A stretch of 64,000 bases of DNA from Chloroflexales bacterium (GTDB taxonomy: Bacteria; Chloroflexota; Chloroflexia; Chloroflexales; Kallotenuaceae): assembly GCA_038254585.1 (NCBI GenBank), contig JBBSGA010000001.1:37-64036 (forward strand), in the 5' to 3' direction. This document shows, in pieces, positions 19,306 through 28,476 of the stretch. Within the stretch, counting starts at the first letter, position 1; each line of letters opens with the position of its first letter. The notes below the pieces were generated by a model. The model searched no databases. It saw only the letters and a program-made list of their open reading frames with translations, and was not told the origin of the DNA. Position numbers and translations under genes: made by a program.

Positions 19306-20961
19306 CTAGTGTGCGGCCTGTTTCCAGTCGGCCAGATCGGGATGGGCCAGGTCCCACAGCGGGCGCCGGCTGCGGACCGGCGGAAGCTGATCGAAGTTGT
19401 GCGGCGGCGGCGGCGAGGTGGTCGCCCATTCCAGCGTCCAGGCCTCCCACGGGTTGTCGCCCGCGGGCGCGCCATGGCGCAGGCTGTAGATGATGTTCCA
19501 GACAAACACGAGCGCGGAGATGGCCGCGACCGTGGCGCCCACCGTCGAGATCAGGTTCATCGTGCCCCAGCCGGGCAGGTCGGGATAGGTGTAAATCCGC
19601 CGCGGCATGCCGATCAGCCCCAGTAAGTGCTGGACGAAAAAGGTGAGGTTGAAGCCGATGAAGTTGAGCCAGAAGTGCCACAGGCCCAATCTCGTGTTAA
19701 GCATCCGCCCGGTCACCTTGGGGAACCAGTAATAGAACCCGGCAAAGACGGCGAAGAGCGTTCCGCCGACGAGCACGTAGTGGAAATGCGCGACCAGGTA
19801 ATAGGTATCCTCCACCTGCCAATCGATCGGGAAGACCGCGAAGGTCACGCCGCTGAGCCCGCCGATCATAAAGGTCACGAGAAAGAAGACGGCGAATAGC
19901 ATGGGGACGGTAAAGCGGATCGCGCCGCCCCACATGGTCGCGGTCCAGTTGAAAATCTTGATGCCGGTCGGAATCGCAATCAGGCTCGAGGTGGCCCCCA
20001 TCAAAACGTCCCACGTAGGGCCCAAGCCGGCCGCGAACATATGGTGCGCCCACACGCCATAGCTCAGGAAGGCGATCGCGACGGTCGAGCCGGCCACGAC
20101 TTCATAGCCGAAGATCGGCTTGCGCGAAAAGACCGGGATCACCTCGGAGATCATGCCGAAGGCCGGCAGCACCAAGATATAGACTTCCGGGTGCCCGAAC
20201 GCCCAGAACAAGTGCTGCCAGAGCAGGGCCGATCCGCCGCGGGCAAAAAAGTGCGCGTTGAACTGCCGGTCGATCAGCAGCATCGCCAGCGCCGCGTTGA
20301 GGACCGGGAGCGCGGCAAGAATCAAGAAGGAGTTGATGAAGGTCATCCAGGCAAAGAGCGGGAGCCGGCGCATCGTCAGCCCGGGCGCGCGCATCGTCAG
20401 GACGGTCACGATGAAATTGACGGCGGCCAGCACCGAACCGATGCCCGTGACGAGCAGACCGAGCACCCAGTAGTCGACGCCCGCGCCCGGCGAATACGGC
20501 TGTTCGCTGAGCGGCGTGTAGCTAAACCAGCCGGCATCCGGCGCGCCGCCGGCGACGAAGCTGAAATAGATCAGCAGGCCGCCAAAGAGCAGCAGCCAGA
20601 ATCCAAACGCGTTCAACCGTGGAAACGCCATGTCGGGTGCGCCGATCATCAGCGGCAGGAGATAGTTGCCGAAGCCGATCAGCATCGGCATGCCCATCAG
20701 GAAGACCATGGTCGTGCCGTGCATCGTGAAAAGCTGGTCGTAGAGCTGTGGCGAAATCAAGGTGTTGTTGGGCCGGGCAAGCTGCATACGCATAAGCTGT
20801 GCTTCGAAACCGCCCACGACCAAGAAGAACAATGCCGTCACAATGTACATGATGCCGATCTGCTTGTGATCGACCGAGGCCACCCAGCTCAACAGCCCTT
20901 GAGGTTTTCCAACTCTGGGGAAGGCTTCGGACGATCCCGGCGCCAGCGTAACGTCACTCAT
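19306..20961 (-). CDS. ctaD: Cytochrome c oxidase subunit I
   Basis: 551 aa with canonical haem-copper oxidase motifs (GHPEVYILVLPAFG, WAHHMF, HFHYVL). Confidence 0.95.
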   Translation of the reverse strand: MSDVTLAPGSSEAFPRVGKPQGLLSWVASVDHKQIGIMYIVTALFFLVVGGFEAQLMRMQLARPNNTLISPQLYDQLFTMHGTTMVFLMGMPMLIGFGNYLLPLMIGAPDMAFPRLNAFGFWLLLFGGLLIYFSFVAGGAPDAGWFSYTPLSEQPYSPGAGVDYWVLGLLVTGIGSVLAAVNFIVTVLTMRAPGLTMRRLPLFAWMTFINSFLILAALPVLNAALAMLLIDRQFNAHFFARGGSALLWQHLFWAFGHPEVYILVLPAFGMISEVIPVFSRKPIFGYEVVAGSTVAIAFLSYGVWAHHMFAAGLGPTWDVLMGATSSLIAIPTGIKIFNWTATMWGGAIRFTVPMLFAVFFLVTFMIGGLSGVTFAVFPIDWQVEDTYYLVAHFHYVLVGGTLFAVFAGFYYWFPKVTGRMLNTRLGLWHFWLNFIGFNLTFFVQHLLGLIGMPRRIYTYPDLPGWGTMNLISTVGATVAAISALVFVWNIIYSLRHGAPAGDNPWEAWTLEWATTSPPPPHNFDQLPPVRSRRPLWDLAHPDLADWKQAAH

Positions 20962-21890
20962 TTGAGAGTCTCCATATAGGCGACGAGCGCGCGCACGTCA
21001 CTAGCGCTCAACTGTAGATTGGGCATAAAGGAGCCCGGCTTAAGGGCCTGGGGATCCGCGAGCCAGCTCGTAAGGTTCGCCGGTGTGTTCTGCAAGAGGC
21101 CGGCCGCGAGCGTCTGGCGGCTCGCCACGTGGGTGAGATCCGGAGCAACGCGCGCCTGGGCCCCCGTGCCGCTGATGGCATGGCAATTCACGCAGGTCAT
21201 TTGCTGGAAGAGCTTTGCGCCCTGCGCCACGTCGCCGCCGGCCGCGGCCGGCGCGCCCCGCAGTTGCTGCTGTTGCCAGGCGTCGAACTCAGCCTGGGGC
21301 TGCGCAATGGCGAGCAGGCGCATCCAGGCATGCTGCACACCGCAATACTCAGAGCAGGCGCCCCCGTAGGCGCCCGGTTTGTCCGCCTCCATCCAGATAT
21401 AATTGGTTTTGCCCGGCACCATGTCGCGCTTGGGGCCAAGCTGCGGTATCCAAAAGTTATGGACCACATCGGCGGACTCAAGCTGGACGAGCAGCGGCTT
21501 CCCGGTCGGGATATGGATCTCGTTGGCTGTGATGGCGCCGGACTTCGGATACTGGACCTCCCACCACCATTGATGGCCGACCACGACTAGGTCGGGCTTC
21601 TGCTGCCCAACCGGCGGGTCGGCCGTGCGCATCGCGACCAGTGTCAAGCTAAAAACCACGACCAGCACCAGGGCCGGCGCGACGGTCCAGGCGATTTCAA
21701 GCCGGCGATTCCCGGCGATCTGCCGCGGCTCAGGCTGGCCCGGCCGGCCGCGGAAGCGGTACGCGATGTAGATGATCAGACCGGTGACGAGGAGAAAGAT
21801 CAGCGCGGCGATGACCAGGTTCAGGACAAACAGACGCGAGATCGCGAGCGCCTGCGGCGAGCGTGGAGTGAAAGGCGAGCTAGTCTCCAT
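20958..21890 (-). CDS. ctaC: Cytochrome c oxidase subunit II with C-terminal cytochrome c domain (caa3 type)
   Basis: Two N-terminal TM helices, CuA site CSEYCGVQHAWM, C-terminal CVNCH haem-c motif. ATGA overlap with ctaD. Confidence 0.9.
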   Translation of the reverse strand: METSSPFTPRSPQALAISRLFVLNLVIAALIFLLVTGLIIYIAYRFRGRPGQPEPRQIAGNRRLEIAWTVAPALVLVVVFSLTLVAMRTADPPVGQQKPDLVVVGHQWWWEVQYPKSGAITANEIHIPTGKPLLVQLESADVVHNFWIPQLGPKRDMVPGKTNYIWMEADKPGAYGGACSEYCGVQHAWMRLLAIAQPQAEFDAWQQQQLRGAPAAAGGDVAQGAKLFQQMTCVNCHAISGTGAQARVAPDLTHVASRQTLAAGLLQNTPANLTSWLADPQALKPGSFMPNLQLSASDVRALVAYMETLK

Positions 21891-21950
21891 TCCGTACCCC
21901 TTCAGCCGTGACCATCCACGGCCACGGCTCTTTAAGGTCGCGGCCCTATT

Positions 21951-23705
21951 TTAGATCACTTCGCGAACTCGATCCTCGAGCACGGTCTTGATGATATCCC
22001 AGCGATCTTTCTCGCCGCGGGCCAGGGCTTCGGCAAACTTCAGGGCCTGCGTCGTCGAGATCTTGCCGGGCATCGGTGGCTCGCTCGGATCGACCACCGC
22101 CTGCACCACCGCCGGGCCAGGGTGTGCGAGTGCCTCGCGCAGCACCGACTCGGCGTCTTCCGGATCCTCGATCGTAAACCCTCCGGCACCGCACGCCTTG
22201 GCATAGGCCTCGAAGTCGATCGGCTGCAGCTGCACCCCGAACTGCGGGTTGCCTTCGAGTACCATTTGCTCCCACTTGATCATGCCCAGAACGTCGTTCT
22301 TGATGATGATCACCTTGACGGGAAGGTTGTACTTGACCAGCGTCGCGACCTCGCCCATCAGCATGGTGAAGCCTCCATCGCCCACCACACAGACCACCTG
22401 GCGCCCGGGATAGGCGACGGCGGCGCCGACGCTATAGGGCAATCCGTTGGCCATCGTCGCCAGCGTGCCCGAGAGGGAAAACTGCATCGTGCCGCGTATC
22501 TGAATATAGCGGGCGGCCCAGGTGGCAATCGTGCCGCTGTCCGAAGAGACGATCGCGTCGTCGTCGAGCAGCTTGGAGAGATGGTGGGTTACTACCTGCG
22601 GCTTCATCGGCTTGTCGGTGCGGGTGCCGCGCTCCTCCATGACCTTGTTCCAATCGCGCATGCGCTCCTGAGCCTGCTCCAGGAAGCTGCGATCGTCTTT
22701 GCGCTTGATCATCGGAAGCAAGGCCCGCAGGACGCCGAGGCAATCTCCCGCCAGCCCGACATCCGCCGCGTGACGCAGACCGATGCGGGCGGGATCGACG
22801 TCGATCTGGATCGTCTTGGCCGTGCCCGGCTTGGGATAGAACTCCATGTACGGGAAGCTGCTGCCCGCGATGATCAGCGTGTCGCACTCCTCCATCGCAT
22901 CCTGGGACGGCGCCGTGCCGAGCAGGCCGATACCACCGGTTGTAAAGGGACTGTCGTCCGGCACTACCGCTTTGCCGAGCAGCGGCTTGACGATCGGGCC
23001 CGCCACGCGGTCGGCCAGCTGGAGCACCTCGTCCCGTGCGTTGAGACAGCCACGGCCAGCCAGGATCACGACTTTCTTACCCGCGTTGATGATGTCGGCG
23101 GCCTCCTGGAGCGCGTCCTGGGGCGGCAGCGGATAGGCAGCGGCGAAGACCCTGGCGCTATGCTTCGCAATATTGGCGCTGGAGCGCTGGTCGTCGGAGG
23201 TCGTCCAGTCCTGGATGTCCTTGGGAATCGTGATGTGCGCGACCGTCCGCTGTGAGAGGGCCGTCTTGATCGCCTCGTCCACGACGTTGTTGACGTGCGC
23301 GGGGCCCATGACGCGCTGGTTATAGGCGGCGACGTCCATGAAGAGCTTGTCGAGATCGACGTCCTGCTGGTAGTGCGTGCCGATCAGATCGTGAAAGGTG
23401 TGCCCGGTGATCGCCAGCACCGGCTGGCCGTCGCACTTGGCGTCGTAGAGGCCGTTAAGCAGATGAATACCGCCCGGCCCAGAGGTCGCCAGGCAGACGC
23501 CGAGCCGGCCGGTGTACTTGGCATAACCGACCGCTGCAAACGCGGCCGCCTCTTCATGCCGCACCTGGATGAACTTGATCTGCTCCTGATGTGTGCGCAG
23601 GGCCTCAAAGATCCCGTTGATTCCATCGCCGGGAAAGCCGAAGATCGTCTCTACTTCCCACGCCACGAGGCGATCGACGAGCAGATCTGCCACCGTTTTT
23701 GCCAT
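21951..23705 (-). CDS. Thiamine-pyrophosphate enzyme, PoxB-like pyruvate oxidase / pyruvate:quinone oxidoreductase
   Basis: 584 aa. N-terminal TPP_enzyme_N pattern (FGFPGDGINGI, VRHEEAAAFAA, TSGPGGIHLLNGLYDA). C-terminal TPP-binding GDGGF...N motif. Confidence 0.8.
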   Translation of the reverse strand: MAKTVADLLVDRLVAWEVETIFGFPGDGINGIFEALRTHQEQIKFIQVRHEEAAAFAAVGYAKYTGRLGVCLATSGPGGIHLLNGLYDAKCDGQPVLAITGHTFHDLIGTHYQQDVDLDKLFMDVAAYNQRVMGPAHVNNVVDEAIKTALSQRTVAHITIPKDIQDWTTSDDQRSSANIAKHSARVFAAAYPLPPQDALQEAADIINAGKKVVILAGRGCLNARDEVLQLADRVAGPIVKPLLGKAVVPDDSPFTTGGIGLLGTAPSQDAMEECDTLIIAGSSFPYMEFYPKPGTAKTIQIDVDPARIGLRHAADVGLAGDCLGVLRALLPMIKRKDDRSFLEQAQERMRDWNKVMEERGTRTDKPMKPQVVTHHLSKLLDDDAIVSSDSGTIATWAARYIQIRGTMQFSLSGTLATMANGLPYSVGAAVAYPGRQVVCVVGDGGFTMLMGEVATLVKYNLPVKVIIIKNDVLGMIKWEQMVLEGNPQFGVQLQPIDFEAYAKACGAGGFTIEDPEDAESVLREALAHPGPAVVQAVVDPSEPPMPGKISTTQALKFAEALARGEKDRWDIIKTVLEDRVREVI

Positions 23706-23790
23706 AACCAGGCTCTCCTTCCGCGGCTCACTTCGCAGTACGACGCGGGCGACTTCGCTCGCGTCCGGTAAACCGCTTCTCTATTATTGT

Positions 23791-24033
23791 TCAAGCACCG
23801 TTTTCGTGCGACCTAGCACGCCGCAGGCCTGCGCGCAGCGCTTCGGCCGGGTCGAGATAGAGCTCGGCCGCGCGCTCCTGGGGGCCGTCACACCACGTGT
23901 AGAAGCCGCCGCCCCATGCCGCCTCGACGACATAGACCATACACTGCTCCCCCTGGACCCTTACCCAGCGGCCGGAGAGAGCTATCTCGCCCTCGAGACC
24001 CAGCGCCTGAAGCGCTTCTTCGAGTCGTGTCAT
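23791..24033 (-). CDS. Small hypothetical protein (80 aa), first ORF after the box-bearing promoter
   Basis: ORF 23791-24054 with ATG 24033 (or GTG 24054). No recognisable domain. Lies between the predicted promoter and the poxB-like gene. Confidence 0.4.
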   Translation of the reverse strand: MTRLEEALQALGLEGEIALSGRWVRVQGEQCMVYVVEAAWGGGFYTWCDGPQERAAELYLDPAEALRAGLRRARSHENGA

Positions 24034-24089
24034 CGGTCCGTCCCCGGTCCGCACGCAGGTGGACGACGGTGCACGCTACGTCGAGTTGC

Positions 24090-24164
24090 ATTGTACGTTC
24101 GAGGCGTGAATATGCTGGTTAGCGCCGGTGAACGACCGTATTAACGCCGGTGAATATAGGTGAA
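24090..24164 (-). promoter_or_regulatory. Promoter with four phased TTCAC direct repeats (locus A)
   Basis: Minus strand: TTCAC boxes (plus-strand GTGAA at 24160, 24150, 24128, 24106), then 10 nt, then TACAAT (24095-24090). The layout is identical to 35953-35879. Confidence 0.6.
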
Positions 24165-24375
24165 CAGGAGACAGGGGATAGGAGCGAGCAGGTGGCGGAT
24201 CTATGGAGCCGAGGTCGGACGTACGCAGGGGAGGAGGCAGCCGCGCGGGCGGCGGCCCCGCCGCCATCCCTAGATGCGACGCCCCTGTGCTCGCCCCCGT
24301 CTCCTTGGCCCATATTATCGATCACCTGCCACCTCTGCCTCTGTCCCCACCGCTATCTCCCTTATCTCCCATCCC

Positions 24376-25071
24376 CTAGCTTGATCGCACGAAGCGATAG
24401 CCGATGCCCCACTCCGTCTGGATGTAGCGGGGATGCTCGGCGTCATCGCCGAGCTTCTGGCGGAGCCGGCGGACGAAGACCTTGAGATAGTTCGCATCGC
24501 CGACGCAGTGCTCTCCCCATACCTGATCGAGAAGGAACTGGTGCGGAAGAATCTGGCCCGCGTGACGCACAAGCTCCTCCAGCAAGCGGTACTCAGTGGA
24601 GGTGAGCCGGACCTGCTCACCGCCGACACGCACCTCGTGCGTCGAGAAGTCAAGCTGAAGGTCGCCAGCCGTGAATGCCGAGCCCGGCACACCGTGGCCG
24701 CCGGTCGCACGGCGCACGAGTGCGCGCAGCCGTGCTAGGAGCTCGAGATGGTCGAAAGGCTTGGTGAGGTAGTCGTCGGCGCCAAGATCGAACGCGCGCA
24801 CCTTGTCGATCGTTCCGTCGCGAACGGTGAGCATCAGGATCGGCACGGCCGAGACCTCGCGGATGCGGCGGCAAACCTCGAAGCCGTCGGGGGGCGGGAT
24901 CGAAACGTCGAGGACGATCAGGTCCGGGTGCTCTTCCCCGAATCGCTGCATTCCGTCGGCGCCATTGGCCGCGATCGTGACCTGGCAGCCCGGCCACGTC
25001 ATGCGGGCGCCGAAGGCCACAACCTCCGCGACGTCCTGTGCGTCCTCTACGATCAAGAGCTTCAGACTCAT
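24376..25071 (-). CDS. OmpR/PhoB-family response regulator (receiver + winged-helix)
   Basis: LLIVEDA, acceptor LIVLDVSIP, KPF. C-terminal LTSTEYRLLEEL...GIGYRF winged-helix pattern. Confidence 0.9.
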   Translation of the reverse strand: MSLKLLIVEDAQDVAEVVAFGARMTWPGCQVTIAANGADGMQRFGEEHPDLIVLDVSIPPPDGFEVCRRIREVSAVPILMLTVRDGTIDKVRAFDLGADDYLTKPFDHLELLARLRALVRRATGGHGVPGSAFTAGDLQLDFSTHEVRVGGEQVRLTSTEYRLLEELVRHAGQILPHQFLLDQVWGEHCVGDANYLKVFVRRLRQKLGDDAEHPRYIQTEWGIGYRFVRSS

Positions 25072-26339
25072 AGCTGTCCCTCGTCTTGTTGCGGCAGTGC
25101 AATCTTGAAGGTCGTACCTTGCCCCGGCACACTCTCGGCCCAGATTCGCCCGCCATGCAGGGCGACAATGCCGCGAGCGATCGGAAGTCCGAGACCGGAG
25201 CCATCCCGAGCGGTGTCGAGCCGCCGAAAGCGCTCAAAGATATCCTCGAGCATCCCGGCCGGGATGCCGGGGCCGTTGTCGCTCACGCAAAGGCAAGCCT
25301 CGTGCGCATCTGCTCTTCCGCTGATAGCAATGCGCGTTCCGGGGGCTGTATGCCGGTGGGCGTTGGAGAGCAGGTTCACGATGACCTGCTCCAGGCGACG
25401 CCTGTCGCCGGTATAGGGCAGCGGCTCGGGAAGATCGACTTCCAGGATCTGCCCCTTCTCGCGCAGCAGCGGGTAGATCATGGACATCGCATCTGCGACA
25501 ACTGTGCGGAGGTCGAGGTGCTCAGGCTCGAGCTGGAGGGCGCCCGCTTCGAGCTGGTTGAAAGCAAGCAGGTCGTTGATATGCATGCGCAGACGCTCGA
25601 TATTTCGGCGGACGTTTCCGAGCAGCTGCTGCTCGTCCGGGCGCATACGATCGGCCAGACTCGTCTCTGCCAGGCCGAGCCCGGCCCGGGCCGCCGTCAG
25701 CGGCGTCTGGAGGTTGTGCGAGACCGTCGAGATGAACTCGTCGCGGATAGAGGTGAGATGCTCGAGGTGCTCCGCTTCGTCGCGGACGCGGCGGGAGGCG
25801 GTTTGCTCAAGCGCCAGCCGCCGGGTCAGGATCGCGGTTCCGACGCCCGATAGCGCGAGCACGACGAGCCGCGCCCCCAGCTCGCGAATCTCCATCCTCG
25901 TCACCACGGCCGAGCTGAAGGTCGGGTTGATCGCGATCGCGACGACGATCGCGATCAACGTGTAGACGAGGCTCCCGCGGAGGGTCATGCTGGCCGCGGC
26001 ACAGACGACCGCGAGGAAGAAGAAATCGAAGAGTGGCCCATTGGGCTCGCCGCCCAGAAAATAGATCATCCCGGCCACCGGAAGGTCGAGCACGGCGGCA
26101 TATGCGTAGCAGCGCGACCAGCCCGTGAAGCTCTGACATAGGTCGACGCCGAGGTTATAGGCGGCAAAGAGCAGGATCAGCGACCATGTCGGGAGTGCGT
26201 GACCACGCATGGTGGGCTCAAATAGCGTCGACACGAACAGCGCGAAGATCGTAATCCAGCGGACGCGAGACAACGAGTCTTCCAGGAAGCGCCATGGCTC
26301 CGGCTGTGTGGGAGCTTCTCTTTCGGCTACGCTCTTCAT
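25068..26339 (-). CDS. Membrane sensor histidine kinase (5-6 TM input region, HisKA, HATPase_c)
   Basis: H-box FISTVSHNLQTPLTA, N box VNLLSNAHRHT, G boxes DNGPGIP and GSGLGLPIA. ATG 26339 chosen inside ORF 25068-26558. ATGA overlap with the regulator gene. Confidence 0.85.
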   Translation of the reverse strand: MKSVAEREAPTQPEPWRFLEDSLSRVRWITIFALFVSTLFEPTMRGHALPTWSLILLFAAYNLGVDLCQSFTGWSRCYAYAAVLDLPVAGMIYFLGGEPNGPLFDFFFLAVVCAAASMTLRGSLVYTLIAIVVAIAINPTFSSAVVTRMEIRELGARLVVLALSGVGTAILTRRLALEQTASRRVRDEAEHLEHLTSIRDEFISTVSHNLQTPLTAARAGLGLAETSLADRMRPDEQQLLGNVRRNIERLRMHINDLLAFNQLEAGALQLEPEHLDLRTVVADAMSMIYPLLREKGQILEVDLPEPLPYTGDRRRLEQVIVNLLSNAHRHTAPGTRIAISGRADAHEACLCVSDNGPGIPAGMLEDIFERFRRLDTARDGSGLGLPIARGIVALHGGRIWAESVPGQGTTFKIALPQQDEGQL

Positions 26340-26611
26340 TGACCTACCTACGGCACTCCTCTGCCAGCTCCTAGATCCAGTGCGCCGTTCAGCGAGCCTC
26401 TGATCATACTTCAGGGGATCAACCAATAGCCCACACAATATTTCATCGTATCGCGATACAACTACGTCAGGACGGACCGCGAGATCTATTCGCATCACCG
26501 TGGACGACAACGGCGCAGAGTGGGTTCGAGGGGAGCAGGAAGATCGCCGCGTCGGCAAGCGCTCCCGGCGGCGGCCCGAGGGTTGCAGTAATCAGGATAG
26601 AAGGAGCGTGG

Positions 26612-27130
26612 ATGGGACAGGAGCGAGAGAGTCTGAAGCCAATTCAGGGAGCCAATCGGGCCTTACGGCGCAGGCTCGACCTCAAGGGGGAGTTTGCGCT
26701 CGCGCTGCTGCCAACGGTCACGGTTCTCGTCGTACTGGCGCTCGTGGAAGTGCTGAGCCGCCAGCGGCTGCTCTTCGCATCGCTCGCCTCGAGCGCGTTC
26801 CTGATCTACCTCGACCCGCAGCACGGCACGAACACGATGCGTACGCTGGTGATCTCGCAGCTCCTCGCGGCGACCGCGGGCCTCGGCACCTATTTTCTCT
26901 TTGGAGCAGGCTACCTCGCGGGCGGCAGCGCGATGGTCGCGACGATCATCATGATGATCTTGCTCGACGCCGTGCACCCACCCGCGGTCGCGACCTCGCT
27001 GACCTTTGCCTTTCGCGCAGGCGCCGTAACGAGCGTCGTCCTGTTTGGCCTCGCGCTCGGGGTCATCGTCGTACTGGTCATTTTGGAGCGCGTCGCGCTC
27101 TGGATGCTGGCGCGCTTCAGCACGCCGTAG
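26612..27130 (+). CDS. HPP-family membrane protein
   Basis: Four to five TM helices and the eponymous HPP motif (LDAVHPPAVATSL). AAGGAG SD. Confidence 0.8.
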   Translation: MGQERESLKPIQGANRALRRRLDLKGEFALALLPTVTVLVVLALVEVLSRQRLLFASLASSAFLIYLDPQHGTNTMRTLVISQLLAATAGLGTYFLFGAGYLAGGSAMVATIIMMILLDAVHPPAVATSLTFAFRAGAVTSVVLFGLALGVIVVLVILERVALWMLARFSTP

Positions 27131-27258
27131 CTCGCCGCTAGGTGCAGCAGCCAGCTGCGACTCATGCGAGCTCGCAGCGTCCAGACCAACTCCTGTTCGT
27201 TTCTGTGACGGTCATCGTGTGCGGGACGCCGCAGGCCACACTCGGAGCTTCCCTTTCC

Positions 27259-28461
27259 TCAATCGCGCACGCCGAGGCTGAAGCTCTCTGTCGGCAATAT
27301 GCTCTTCCAGCGGTGGATCAGGTCGCGATAGGCCTCGCCCACCGGCCGGATGTGGCGATCGAGGTCGTACAGGCCGAGCGGGTTGACCCGCCCGTTATCC
27401 TCGCGCAGCGCCGTATCCCAGTCCACCTGGTCCGTCAAGCTATACCAGGTGAAGCCGAGGAGCGGAACGCCATCCTGTTTGAGGCGATGCACGTTCGCCC
27501 ATTCCTTGCGCAGCCAGTTCGGCGCGTCGTCCGCATTCATCAGATTGGTCTCGGTGTGCATGACCGGCAGGCTATAACGGCTGAAGTACTGATGGGTGAT
27601 CACGTAGTAGCCAAAAATCTCACCCGAGGCCGTCGAATGACCGTCGTCGTGGACGAGGTGCTCGTTGGTGATGTAGTAGTCGTTGCCCATGACGCAGCGT
27701 GCCTTGACGTGGTTCTGTCCGAACCAGTGATACTCATCGCGGGTCATGCCGTTGTCGAGCAGGTACTCGTACATCGTAACGTTGAGCGGATACCCGTAGG
27801 TCAGATCCAACGACAGGAAGCGCTTTTCGTTGTAGAAGTGCGCACGATCCATGCACGAAGGATCCTCGGGATGGAAGTACTCCGACGACTCGCTTTGGAT
27901 AAAGATAGACTGCGGCTGTGCTTCCAGGATCGCCCGCATGGCGAGCACGTTGGCCTGGCACAGATGCTTGAGGGCGTTGACGAAGGCTCGATCGCTTGCG
28001 AGCCGCTCGTTCCACCAGCCGTACTGCGCCGAGAAGGTCGCGGCGATGAAGATCTCGTTGACCGGCGTGTAGTATCGCACCCAGGGGTATCGCTCGGCGA
28101 AGGTCTTCGCATACTGGGCGAAGAGCCTTGGCCAGTGCTGATTCTGAAAGTTCCCGATCCAATCCGGCACTCCGAAGTGGCACAGGTCGACGATCGGCGT
28201 GATCCCCAGATCCTTGAGGGCATTGAAGGTCTCGTCCGCAAAGCTCCAGTCGTATTTCCCCGGCCCAAGATGTGCCCGGTAGTAGGGTGGGCCATAGCGC
28301 AGAAACCGGATGCCGATGTCCTTGACGAGCTCGAAATCCTCGTGCCAGTGTTGGTAGTGGCCGCACTTCTCCATCTCGTCCACGCGCTTGATGGAACCGT
28401 CCGGAAGCGCGATCGTAGGGTAGCTGTTCTCGATGCCGGTGGAGAACATGAATTGCGACAT
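27259..28461 (-). CDS. Glycoside hydrolase family 1-like protein
   Basis: MFSTGIENSYP...DFELVKDIGIRFLRYG...YYTPVNE.. layout of the divergent GH1 group. Assignment by motif memory only. Confidence 0.65.
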   Translation of the reverse strand: MSQFMFSTGIENSYPTIALPDGSIKRVDEMEKCGHYQHWHEDFELVKDIGIRFLRYGPPYYRAHLGPGKYDWSFADETFNALKDLGITPIVDLCHFGVPDWIGNFQNQHWPRLFAQYAKTFAERYPWVRYYTPVNEIFIAATFSAQYGWWNERLASDRAFVNALKHLCQANVLAMRAILEAQPQSIFIQSESSEYFHPEDPSCMDRAHFYNEKRFLSLDLTYGYPLNVTMYEYLLDNGMTRDEYHWFGQNHVKARCVMGNDYYITNEHLVHDDGHSTASGEIFGYYVITHQYFSRYSLPVMHTETNLMNADDAPNWLRKEWANVHRLKQDGVPLLGFTWYSLTDQVDWDTALREDNGRVNPLGLYDLDRHIRPVGEAYRDLIHRWKSILPTESFSLGVRD

Positions 28462-28476
28462 GGATGCGCCCCCTCC

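Noticed and set aside
24106-24164. Rex (redox repressor) operator, because of TGAA/TTCA content upstream of respiratory genes
   Set aside because: The Rex consensus is an inverted repeat, TTGTGAA-N6-TTCACAA. Here all boxes point the same way (direct repeats) with 10/22-nt phasing, which does not fit Rex.
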